Source: Anthoceros angustus (Eukaryota; Plantae; Anthocerotophyta). From it: a stretch of DNA of 64,000 bases. The translations under genes and the position numbers were made by a program. The DNA lies in the NCBI GenBank assembly GCA_010909165.1, contig VJWM01000209.1:269411-333410 (forward strand), written 5' to 3'. The number at the start of each line of letters is the position of its first letter. Positions within the stretch are counted from its first letter, which is position 1. The notes below the pieces were generated by a model. The model was not told where the DNA came from, searched no databases, and worked only from the letters and a program-made list of their open reading frames with translations. Shown here one piece after another: positions 9,990 through 21,560 of the stretch.

Positions 9990-12960
9990 CATAAGCCACT
10001 TCTCCAATGCGCTTCAAGACTACAAATGGACCACCATATCTTGGCCTTAACTTAAGAGTTAATCCTTGAGGTAATGGGAAATGCTTCAATTTCACCCATA
10101 CTTTATCCCCAACGTTGAAGACAGTTTCTCTCACCTATCGGCATATTTCTTGGCGTGCTTGAGCCTTGGCTAAAATTCCTTTGGCAATCTCATGCCTAGC
10201 CTTCAAGCTCAATGAATCGGCGTGGATCTCTAGTGGTAGTATCGAAAACTTCAGCATTTAGCATGGATACCACGTCCGGTCGAATTCCTCCCATCTCAAA
10301 AGGACTACATCCAAGAGAGGCGTGCGTGTGTGTTATAACAAAATTGCATCGTCTAGATGATCGATCCAATCCCTCGATCAATCTGCACATAATGCCTTAA
10401 GTATTCTTCTTGGATTCGGTTGACTCGCTCAGTTGAGCCATCAGTATCTGGATGGAAAGCTGTGCTCATACATAATTCCACATTCAAGCATTTCATCAAA
10501 TGCTGCCAAAATTCTCCTGTGAACCTTGGATCCCTGTCACTCACAATCTGCATAGGTAAGCCATGGTACTTGTATATATACTTCTTAAACAAGCTGGCTA
10601 CCTCAGAAGCTGTCACTCGCTTCTTTGTAGGGATGAAATGTGCTTGTTTGGTGAATCTATCCACCACTGTCATGATAGCTGTACAACCATTACTGGGTGG
10701 CAAAGGCATGATAAAATCCATAGAGATACTCTTCCAAGGTCCACTTGGAATAGGTAGGGGCTGTAGCAAACCTCTTGGTTTAGCTTGCTCCACCTTATCT
10801 TGCTGACAAACAGCACATGCCTTGACATAATCCACTGTATCTTGATACATTCCGGCCAGTAAAACAGCTTCCTTAGCTTCTCATAAGTGGGGTCAATTCC
10901 ACGGTGACCTGCACTTGGCACATCATGACATTCAGAAGCAATTTGCTCTTCAACTCAAGAATTTGGGATCACAATCCTCCTCTGTTTGTATATCAACAAA
11001 CCATCCTCAATTTGAACTTGCTTCCTTCGCTCTATTCCATTAATCCGATCCGAACATCCGGATCCTCGGATATGCTTCCTTGATCTGTTTGTGAGTGTCC
11101 ATAGGTTCAACCAGATTGCCATTGCCTTTACTTCCGACTCTTTTGCGACTCAGCGCATCCGCAACCTTATTCTCTTTTCCAGGTTTATACTTGAGAGTCA
11201 CATCATACATAGCTAGGAAATCTTGCCATCTAGCTTGTCTTGCATTCAACTTCAATGGTTAGAGAAGTATGTTGTCGATATTATCGATAGAGCACAAAAG
11301 ATCCGCCAAGAGATAGTGTCTCCATACCTTGACAATGAATGACGTCATTTCCTTCTCATAGGTGGGATACTTCAACTCATAAGGATGCAATTTCCTTGAC
11401 TCAAAAGCTATCGGCTTATGGTCTTGCATCAACACTCCACCTATGGCCACGTCGAGGCATCAGACACTTCCACATCCTTCTTGGGATCATACATTCCTAA
11501 AACCGAGTTGTACTCAATTTCATCTTCAAGTATTCAAATGTCGCTTGACATTCAAGATCCCACTTCCAAGCTTTCGTCATCTTTAAGAGGTCGATTATGG
11601 GGCTGCTATCTTAGCAAACATATGTACAAATCTCATACGAAGCCAAACCCATAAAGCTGCGAACCTCATGAATGTTCCTAGGAGGTTGCCAATCTTGAAT
11701 GGCCCTCACCTTATCGGATCCATTCGATGCCATCAGAGACAATAAAGCCTAAGAAAGCTACCTCTGTCTTGACAAAGTCACACTTCTTAATTGCCAAGAA
11801 CAAAGAATTCTCTCTTAGCTTGTAACACTTCTCTTAAGTGTTCAGCATGTTCCTCAAGGTATGGCTAAAGATCAAAATGTCATCCGGATAGATTACAACA
11901 CACTTGTCCACCGGATCTATGAATATAGTATTCATAAGTGTCAAATGTGGCAGTGCATTAGTAAGTCCAAATGGCATGACCGAAATTCAAAAGCCCCATA
12001 CGGTCCTACAAGCTTTTGTACTCATGTCCCTCTGCGATTCGATCGATAGTACCCGCCATCGATCTAGCTTGGTGAAATACTTGGCACCCTTCAACCTATC
12101 AAACATATCATCCATTCTTGGCAAAGGATATGCATTCTTCACTGTAATTTGATTCAGAGCTCTGTAATCTAAACACATCCTTAGTCCTCCATTCTTCTTG
12201 CGCGTAAACAATACCGGCGCACCAAAAGGAGACTTAGAGACTCTGATATATCCCTTTGCCAGCAGGTTGGATAGTTGTCGCTTGAGTTCCTGCAGCTCAT
12301 CCTGCGACAATCTATATGGTGCTCTCGACGGAGGCGTACTCCCTGGCCTCAATTCAATCTCATGATCTACTACTCTGTGAGACGGTAAAGGTGGCAATTC
12401 ATCAGGCATCAAATCCTTAAAGTCATCCAAGACAGCCTGTAATTCCTTCGGGATGTCTTTCTCTTCTGAGGATTCTTCCTCAAGACCATCCTCTAATCCC
12501 TGGAGCATAACTAGATAAAGCTCCTTCTTCATCTTATGTCCCTTGAGCTCTCTTTTGAAATCAACTGCATCGAGCACATCTCAAGCTTGACTAAGATTAG
12601 CACAAACCACCTTGTGCTTTCCATTCTTCAATATCTCAATGGTGCGGGACTTCACATCTACACGCACTTCATTGGATTTCATCCACTCTAGACCCAAGAT
12701 AACATCATGGTCATCCATGTCTACAAGCGTGAAACTCATGTATCCTTCCCACGCTTCTATTTGCAGCTTTACTCCATGCAATTCACCCAAGAAAAGCGAG
12801 TTCCTTTAGCTTGCTTGATTCCATATGGCGGAAGTACTAGCCCATTCTAGCCCAAGCTCTTTCGCCTTGAGGAGTTATAAAATTGTGGGTGGCGGCGAGT
12901 CCAACAATAACTCTACTTCTAAGCCATTCATCTTTCCACATATGTACATAAGGGCTCCAC
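9990..12960 (-). pseudogene. Gypsy pol: protease, RT, RNase H, integrase (frameshifted)
   Basis: LDS...THNF protease region near 12900; RT RAPYRLS...[40 protein letters not shown]; RH AIGGVLMQDHKPIAFESRKL and KYKPGKENKVADALSR; integrase GHRGIDPTY...YVKACAVCQQ, ISMDFI, IVSDRDPRFT, STAFHPDTDG.TERVNR. Confidence 0.93.
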
Positions 12961-15378
12961 CTTCCTCAAAATAGTGTCATCCTTGACACTAGATGACTCA
13001 CCATCTGTCACAACAACATGTGGCCAGCGTCATTTGGGCTCTGCAGCTCCGAATCCTAAGTCCGGAGCTTGAGGATTGGCGGCTATCACATTCGTTGGGA
13101 ATTCCCGCATGCGGACAATCTTCGCAAAGTGTCCTTGCTCTCCACAAAAGCACGCAAATTGAGGGCCTGTCCTTTGGCTTCCACGGCCTCGACTTCTATT
13201 GGCTCCTCTTCCTCTTCCTCGCCAACATTATCATTTATTCCAATATGCCCGGTGTTGGTGGCTCTTCCTCTACCTCGTGATCTTCCTTGAAAAGATCTTG
13301 GATACCTTCCTCCGAAGACACCGGTGCTTCCTCGGCACGACTTGTGTCGTATCTCTGCAGCCATAATAGCCTCTCGCAGAGTTTGAGGTTTTCATCGAAT
13401 TCTATCCAGAGCCCACCTTTGAGTCCACTATAAAACCTGTGGAGCTTATCCACCTCCGTCGGGCATTGTAACACATGTGCTAAATTCACTCACATACTGC
13501 CGCAACATTCCTGTGTGCTTCACATTCTCTAGCATCCTTCTTGCCATAGATGCATTAGTTGGTGGAATTGAAGTTGCGTGCATCTTTGAATTCGCCCGGT
13601 GGAAATAGTTTCCACTCTATTACCTGTTCAATACTACGAACATAAGTTCTCCACCAAGTAGGCGTACCCTTCTAAGAAGTTAACGATGTGATCTAGATAC
13701 TCTTCTGCGGAATCCTCTGCGATTCGATCCGATAGTACCCGCCATCGATCTAGCTTGGTGAAATACTTGGCACCCTTCAACTCAAACATATCATCCATTC
13801 TTGGCAAAGGATATGCATTCTTCATCGTAATTTGATTCGAGCTGTAATCTAAACACATCCTTAGTCCTCCATTCTTCTTGCGCGTAAACAATACCGCGCA
13901 CCAAAAGGAGACTTAGAGACTGATATATCCCTTTGCCAGAGTTGGATAGTTGTCGCTTGAGTTCTCGTAGCTCATCCTGCGACAATCTATATGGTGCTCG
14001 ACGGAGGCGTAATCTCGGCCTCAATTCAATCTCATGATCTACTACTCTATGAGACGGTAAAGGTGGCAATTCATCAGGCATCAAATCCTTAAAGTCATCC
14101 AAGACAGCCTGTAATTCCTTCGGGATGTCTTTCTCTTCTGAGGATTCTTCCTCAAGACCATCCTCTAATCCCTGGAGCATAACTAGATAAAGCTCCTTCT
14201 TCTGTCTTATGTCCTGCTTGAGCTCTCTTTTTGAAATCAACTGTACTGAGCACATCTCAAGCTTCTGACTAAGATTAGCACAAACCACCTTGTGCTTTCC
14301 ATTCTTCAATATCTCAATGGTGCGGGACTTCACATCTACACGCACTTCATTGGATTTCATCCACTCTAGACCCAAGATAACATCATGGTCATCCATGTCT
14401 ACAATGAAACTCATGTATCCTTCCCACGCTTCTATTTGCAGCTTTACTCCATGCAATTCACCCAAGAAAAGCGAGTTCCTTTAGCTTGCTTGATTCCATA
14501 TGGCGGAAGTACTAGCCCATTCTAGCCCAAGCTCTTTCGCCTTATAGGAGTTATAAAATTGTGGGTGGCGCAGAGTCCAACAATAACTCTACTTCTAAGC
14601 CATTCATCTTTCCACATATGTACATAAGGGCTCCACCTTCCTCAAAATAGTGTCATCCTTGACACTAGATGACTCACCACATCGTCACACAACATGTGGC
14701 CAGCGTCATTTGGGCTCTGCAGCTCCACAATCCTAAGTCCGGAGCTTGAGGATTGGCGGCTATCACATTCGGTTGGGAATTCCCGATGCGGACAATCTTC
14801 GCAAAGTGTCCTTGCTCACAATCAAGCAGACAAATTGAGGGCCCTTTGGCTTCCACGACCTCTATTGGCTCCTCTTCCTCTTCCTCCAACATTATCATTT
14901 GTTCCAATATGCCCGTGTTGGTGGCTCTTCCTCTACCTCGTGATCTTCCTTGAAAAGATCTTGGATACCTTCCTCCGAAAGACACCGGTGCTTCCTCGGC
15001 ACGACTTGTGTCATCGATCCGCAGCCATAATAGCCTCTCGCAGAGTTTGAGGTTTGTCATCTGAATTCTATCCAGAGCCCACCTTTGAGTCCACTATAAA
15101 ACTGTGGAGCTTATCCACCTCCGCATATCGGGCATTGTAACATTGCTAAATTCACTCACATCCGCCGCAACATTCTGTGCTTCACATTCTCTAGCATCCT
15201 TCTTGCCAAGATAGATGCATTAGTTTGGAATTGAAGTTGCGTGCATCTTTGAATTCGCCTGTGGAAATAGTTTCCACTCTATTACCTGTTCAATACTCGA
15301 ACATAAGTTCTCCACCAAGTAGGCGTACCTTCTAAGAAGTTAACGATGTGATCTAGATACTCTTCTGCGGAATCCTGC
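12029..15378. repeat. Tandem duplication TD1 (two copies, period about 1686 bp) of gag-protease-RT N-terminus
   Basis: ORF pairs 12581-12790 and 11987-12577 versus 13791-14465 are near-identical. The junction near 13715 carries CCTCTGCG microhomology. Confidence 0.92.
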
Positions 15379-15760
15379 GGAAAGTATCCTTCCAATGAGA
15401 AAAACCACGAATTGATTTTCTCCACATCTCGTTCACCCTTATACCTATCGAAATTTGAGCGCTTAGCCTCAACTTCTTGGGTCTCCTTGCTCTACTCCTT
15501 TGGGCGGGCTCCAATTCGTCCTGCTCATCATCCTTCTACCTTCATCGAGCTTCCTTTTCCTTGTACTTGTTGCTCTAGAGCTTCCATTCTCCTCAAAAGA
15601 TTTTGAAGCTCCTCTTGCGGCATGGTGACGGTCTTGACCCAGGTATCCGCCTCTGCCCGTTCGAGAATTAGTGGCTCCATCGAGGCTCATCCACTGGTCT
15701 CCACCATAGGAGCCTTCTCTTTCTTTCCGTATTCTCTCTGCCTGCCTGGCTCTTGAGATC
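12960..15760 (-). pseudogene. Gypsy gag region (native 5' copy about 14640-15760, duplicated partial copy about 12960-13715), separated by the duplicated PR/RT segment
   Basis: DKLHRFYSGLKGGLWIEFD and EEYLDHIVNFLEGYAYLVENL; position between PBS and protease. Confidence 0.7.
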
Positions 15761-15815
15761 GGCCATCTCCAGCGTCCTAGCTAAAAGATGCTTCAACCTT
15801 GAGCTCGATACCACA

Positions 15816-16401
15816 AGTAACACCCCTTTTCGGTGAGGTGGGCGATCACGCGATTAGCGACAAAACATCACCAGACACCACTAGGCCTCCAAGTAGCCGC
15901 CGTCCTTCCACGGACGACTCGGTCGGCACACGTGTTGCTATTTATTCCGAGAGTCAACAAGAATACATGAGAGATCGGAGAGCTCCCCATCTTTGCCTAA
16001 GCTAGGAGCTTAGCTCTCTCCCTCGATCTCCTCCTCAACAGCCTCTCCTCTAGCACGCTCACACTCTAGGCTCCAAAGCCTCTAGGCACCAAAGTCCTAT
16101 CCTCACAAGAGTGTAGCTCCCAAGTGCTAGGATCCTTCTAGACATGCTCACACTCTAGGCTCCCAAGGCCTTTAGGCTCCAAAGTCCTACCCTCAAGAGT
16201 GTAGCTCCCCATGCTAGGATCACAAGATATCTTTCTCTAGGGCTAGCCTCATCTCCTTATATAGGGAGGCTTACATCATTTCCAAAGTAACTGCTAAAAG
16301 CAGACTTTCTTCCTTAAGCCCTAAGCTAAGTCTTAACACCACTACTTACAACTTACTAACTAGATCCAGGGTTGCATGCTTCTCATGCAAGGCTCGTTAC
16401 T
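15816..16401 (-). repeat. 5' LTR of the gypsy element
   Basis: Begins AGTAAC and ends GTTACT on the element strand; followed by TG and then the PBS. Confidence 0.94.
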
Positions 16402-16779
16402 AATACCTTAGTTTTAAATTTCTCTCATGAATATATTTCTATATTTTTATATCAATAAATTACAAATAATAATAATCTATAATACAAATAATTCGATTGA
16501 ATACAAAATATTTTATAATCTTAAAATAACACAATCATTCAACAATTACAACATCCAGCTTTTATGTCAATCCAATCTAGGGCTTTTTGTGCACGATTCT
16601 CCTCGCTCGAATGAGCTACTCGAGACCATGATCCCTACCCATCAATAGGAACTCACAGGTCAAATTTTTCTTGCAGGGTGCGCCTAACATATGCATTCAA
16701 CCCATACGCTACAAAGTTGAAGAGCCCCTGCAATCATACAGATGTAAGAGGCTATCTATCATACAGGATCAGAGACTGA

Positions 16780-19500
16780 AAATCCGCCAAGGCAGGTGCC
16801 CTTATCTTGAGAGCTGCTGTGCCGATGTGAATGCAATATAGCCAGAACAGCCGTTTACGTGGTTTCACACAATGATGAGTTCGGTTGACAGTTCCAAAAG
16901 TGGACTCCAGGAGCCTATCAGAATCAATGGATAATAGCCCACCTGTTCATGGCCTGAAAAGATGATAACGAAGTTCACAGTGACAGCCAGGTAATGGCAT
17001 GTAAAGGCGAAGTAATGTTATAAGCAACAACCACACCGAACGGTAGGGACAAGGTTTTGCATTCAGTTACCTACCTTCATGTCAGCGCGCACCTCAACTT
17101 GTCGCTGACGTTCAGACAAGCCCACTGCCATCTGCAATAACCAAGTGCTTAAATCAAGCAATATATGGCAGATGGAACTAACGGGCTTGAGCCTGATGAC
17201 GGCGACAGAAAGCCAGATACTTACTCGGGTTGTATGATTTATCATGCGAATGACTGGAAAGTAAGCTGTTCCATTGAACAGTATAGCTCCCCATAGGGTA
17301 CATAGAATGTGATAAACCGTAGCACCTGGTACCAGAGTTTTGATAGTTGGCATCCATGGTTGCACAGTGGTCCTCCACACTGCAATCGAAGAAAACCACA
17401 AAGTTTCCATACCTTTCCTGTAGTTGTCTCTATCCTGACCAACACCAAGCACCAGCCGGTCCATAGTCATTTGAGCTGCAAATGCCAATAAATTGACCAC
17501 TGCACTGGGAAAGACATGAAGATCACCACTAACCTGTCCAAACTTGAAATTCGGCAGTCCTTCTTGGACCACCAATGCATTAGAGGCCACTCCCAAATGC
17601 ATCTTCCAGTGCCTGAACGTGCACACAAAAGAACCTTTAGATGGTCCAGAAAACTATACAGTATGGCACATTGTTGTGGTAACATATGTCAGTCAGTGCA
17701 GGGATGACTACACCTAGCTGACAAGCCGAGAATGAACAGGAGCGTACCAACTAAAGTTCAAACCGGTCCGTTGTGGGTTTCAGGACTTCCATGTCAGTTA
17801 GATCGTCTGCAAGGTAACGCCATTCTCCACTCACAAGATGGGCAATTGATGCAAACATGGCAGCATGATGCATCTTCTCCATGTGACAAAGCAGGCTGAA
17901 GTCCAAGTACCTGTACCACAATCATTGACCCTCACTGATATCACAATCAATGACTGATTGTGATATCTGCAATCCAACCAATGCACTGGCTGTAGAACCG
18001 TCTGAACAGTCGATGAAATCCAGTATTATAAGATTCAGCACGCTCTCACTTTGCCACCTACCATCGGCATGAGATGTCGCTTTGCTTCATTCTGATCCTC
18101 AACACTAGCCACCTGACCACCCGACGAATGCCCTCTGCAATTAGTTGCGTGTCCCCAGGTCGATCACCTTGCACCCATTCCATAGTCAGGACCCTCTTGG
18201 TAGTCATGGGAGGCAGGGGCAAGAGGCAGGGGCAGGGAGGCAGGGGACAGGGAACCACGATGTACTTCAAGTGAGCACGTGCTTCCTACAAGGAAAAGCC
18301 ACCAATTGTGATCCAATTAACCAGAGTCCAAGCAATAAAGCTGCCAGAAGGATGGCTACATGTTACGACAGCTCTGGAGCAACAGCTGCTTGGACAATCC
18401 AAAACCTTCATGAGAAAATAGTTCGATCCATACTCAAAATTCTTCCACATTTGTGGCTTCCATGTCAGTTAGATCGTCTGCAAGGTAACGCCATTCTCCA
18501 CTCACAAGATGGGCAATTGATGCAAACATGGCAGCATGATGCATCTTCTCCATGTGACAAAGCAGGCTGAAGTCCAAGTACCTGTACCACAATCATTGAC
18601 CCTCACTGATATCACAATCAATGACTGATTGTGATATCTGCAATCCAGACGAGTGCACTGGCTGTAGAACCGTCTGAACAGTCGATGAAATCCAGTATTA
18701 TAAGATTCAGCACGCTCTCACTTTGCCACCTACCATCGGCATGAGATGTCGCTTTGCTTCATTCTGATCCTCAACACTAGCCACCTGACCACCGACGAAT
18801 GCCCCTCTGCAATTAGTTGCGTGTCCCAGGTCGATCACCTTGCACCCATTCCATAGTCAGGACCCTCTTGGTAGTCATGGGAGGCAGGGGCAAGAGGCAG
18901 GGGCAGGGAGGCAGGGGACAGGGAACCACGATGTACTTCAAGTGAGCACGTGCTTCCTACAAGGAAAAGCCACCAATTGTGATCCAATTAACCAGAGTCC
19001 AAGCAATAAAGCTGCCAGAAGGATGGCTACATGTTACGACAGCTCTGGAGCAACAGCTGCTTGGACAATCCAAAACCTTCATGAGAAAATAGTTCGATCC
19101 ATACTCAAAATTCTTCCACATTTGTGGCCTCCATGTTGTAGTCAAGCTCCCATGCAGACCCCGTCCAAGCTCATCAGCCAAACCTAACCCTGCCGCAACA
19201 AAACCACCGCCAATTGAACAAACAAGACGAACACCAAAATGATCTTACAAAACAGAACAACAAAGCCGCACGCATCATCCTTTCAGAACAAAGCCAGTCT
19301 CAGCAAGGAAACCCCGTCCGACAGCACCAGCCGAAAGCTCCTGCGAGGTGGAATTGCTCCCGATCGCCTTGATGTCAATCACCGGTGCCGCCATCGCTTA
19401 TCTTGCCGCAGCTGGCCGAGATTCCTCCCTACGCTGCTACCCTTGCTGGAGTCCGAACCGTTGGCGCTCACCGCAGCTGAGCGAAATGTGTTCATACACT
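16780..19500 (-). pseudogene. ABC1K: ABC1/UbiB (AarF) atypical kinase pseudogene, closest from memory to the plastid At2g39190-type
   Basis: Exons with GT-AG ends: ADELGRGLHG.LDYNMEATNVEEF (~19103-19185); EARAHLKYIVVP...TTKRVLTMEWVQGDRP...EAKRHLMPM (18062-18285); YLDFSLLCHMEKMHHAAMFASIAHLVSGEWRYLADDLTDMEVL (17748-17910); ALEDA.G...EGLPNFKFGQ (17534-17612); KHLVIADGSGLV* (~17100-17150, TGA stops). No HADPHPGN exon and no N-terminal kinase-lobe exons found. The subfamily is not verified. Confidence 0.85.
17787..19136. repeat. Tandem duplication TD2 (two copies, period 671 bp) inside the ABC1K pseudogene
   Basis: ATGT anchor at 17791, 18462 and 19133; TCCATGT microhomology. The copies differ by only a few bases, mostly homopolymer indels. 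Confidence 0.95.
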
Positions 19501-20055
19501 GAAATCTGCTATCCTAAAGTGTACATGGCGATGCAGCCAGGATGCCCCCTCCGTCCCTCCCGCAACTCCCAAACCCCAACCCCAAGCCTACCCGAGAATC
19601 CAAATCCGTAGCAGGGGAACATCACTCACAGGCAAGTAGCTTGTAATTACATTTGAAACTCACGTGTCACGGAAACACTTCCTTCAACAAAAACTCCCTT
19701 GTCATGTGTCTTCATTGAGGTAGATTTTTTTTTCGGGGACAAGACGGTACATTGGGAACAAATGGTGGGGCCGTTCTAAGGCATACAATGCCAGGTGAAG
19801 CTTCTACCGACCACAGCCTATCCTGGTCTCACCACCAACAAGCAGTAGCACACAATGAAAAAATTGCGAGAGCCTTCCCTCCTGAGATCATTCTGCGATT
19901 TGAGGGCCTCTCCTCTGTGCTAGTGGCTGTTCTGCACCTTTCCTACCATAAAGGAGTACATATTTATCCGACGTGAAGGCATGCGCAGGCTTCAATGCCC
20001 TGCCTACCAACGTATGTATGTAAACACCCACGTGTAATCACTGTCCACAGTAAGA

Positions 20056-20925
20056 TCACACAACTTGGTAGCTATCAACCACCAGCTGAGTGGGTACGGC
20101 GATTTTGCAAGAGATCCACTTTGCGTGTTCTTAACGTCGCGGACCTTGATATCACAGCATGTCTTGGTGGCAGTGAATTTCACATCAATCGGGGAGAAGG
20201 CCGACGGGTCTGCTAACTCCATGGTCCCATTCCGATTGGTATTACCAATTAAGGTGATGGACCATTCTAGGACGGACTTTCGTGCATCATACGTCCAGTC
20301 TCCATCAACTTGATTCATGCTTGGTGGATCCCGCAAAGGTGGCATACCCCCGCAAAGGTGGCAAGGGTATGCTGATTACAACATTTTGCAGATCAAATGC
20401 TTTCAAGGCTTCATACTCGATGTTGATGTAACATTCCCCGCCAGAGACAGAGGCTAGGGCCAGCAGTTTATACCAAGAGGAACAAAAGTCCTGCTTGCTT
20501 TGCATTCGCCATCAATATGCATCTTCTTATGTTTGAACAACTATCGAACGCCATTCATTATACACTGCACTTCAAAATTCTCCACACCACCGTCCGTCGT
20601 CAAAGTGATGTCAAGCCTGTCTTCCACAATAATAGTGATAGGATCTGTAGGAATAAAAGTTGTCTGTAAAGGCCGAGGTGCAGCATGGACATCCTCTACA
20701 ATCACTTCACCTTCCGCCTTCAAGGATTCTAAGAACTGGTTTGCCTTCTGTGACTTGCCAAGCTTCATACTAGCTCCTTGGGCAACAAAAGGGACAGGTT
20801 GTGTTGACCGTCCTTTGGTTTTCCGAAGGGTCTGAATCTAGGCCTGAGCCAAATCCCGAACTGCTGCCAAAGCCACCGCTCCCAAGATCGGATCACTGAT
20901 ACCATTGTCAAAATATGTGATGGCT
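20056..20925 (-). pseudogene. Coatomer subunit delta (delta-COP), C-terminal half, with internal deletion and frameshifts
   Basis: GSGGFGSSSGFGSGLDSDP; MKLGKSQKANQFLESLKAEGEVIVED...PTDPITIIVEDRLD...DGG; WRMQSKQ...[24 protein letters not shown]; DGDWTYDARKSVLEWSI; natural end TQLVVDSYQVV* (stop at 20056-20058). About 50 aa missing between QCIM and WRMQ; short duplication CCCGCAAAGGTGGCA near 20330-20365. Confidence 0.92.
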
Positions 20926-20934
20926 CCCGAAGAG

Positions 20935-21560
20935 TTAACACACAGAGGGGCAGGCAGCTGCACTCAGAGATTGTCAAAGAGGATTGCTGGAAAATGTAGT
21001 GTTGGTCAACTGCCTGGTGGACATGTATGCAAAATGTGGTGAACTGGAAGACGCACGCCAGGTTTTTGAGAGCTTGGCCATAAAGAATGTGGTGACATGG
21101 AATGCCCTGATTGCTGGGTATGCACAGCAACTTGGAACCGGGCAAGAAGCACTCGTTGTGTGTCGACAAATGGAGCAGTAAGACCTCATTTTGGCTGACC
21201 ATGTTACTTTTGCTTGCCTTCTGAAGGCCTGTGCAACCACTGGTGCCATACAGAGGGGCAGGCAGCCGCACTCAGAGATTGTCAAAGAGGACTGCTGGAA
21301 AATGTAATGTTGGGCAACTGCCTGGTGGACATGTATGCAAAACGTGGTGAACTGGACGACGCACGCCAGGTTTTTGAGAGCTTGGCCATAAAGAATAAGG
21401 TGACATGGAATGCCCTGATTGCTGGGTATGCACAGCAACTTGGAACCGGGCAAGAAGCTCTCGTTGTGTATCGACAAATGGAGCAAGAGGACCTCATTTT
21501 GGCTGACCATGTTACTTTTACTTGCCTTCTGAAGGCCTGTGCAACCTTTTGGTGCCAACC
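20935..21560 (+). pseudogene. PLS-class pentatricopeptide repeat fragment, two near-identical L-S-P triplets (period 308 nt)
   Basis: QRGRQLHSEIVK.GLLENVVLVNCLVDMYAKCGELEDARQVFESL..KNVVTWNALIAGYAQQ..GQEAL...RQMEQ...DHVTFACLLKACA. Stop at 21179-21181, and both triplets share a frameshift at AAAGAGGA. Confidence 0.93.

Larger units (their letters stand above)
9113..16401 (-). mobile_element. Full-length Ty3/gypsy chromovirus-type LTR retrotransposon (degenerate), with internal tandem duplication
   Basis: Two ~570 bp LTRs; 5 bp TSD AATAC at 9108-9112 and 16402-16406; primer-binding site (PBS) TGGTATCGAGCTC at 15801-15813 (minus); polypurine tract GATGGGGAG at 9674-9682 (minus); order gag-PR-RT-RH-INT-chromodomain. 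Confidence 0.96.

Noticed and set aside
19752-19976. Mitochondrial-carrier-like peptide (KIARAFPP)
   Set aside because: Only a five-residue resemblance, with no PX(D/E)XX(K/R) signature.
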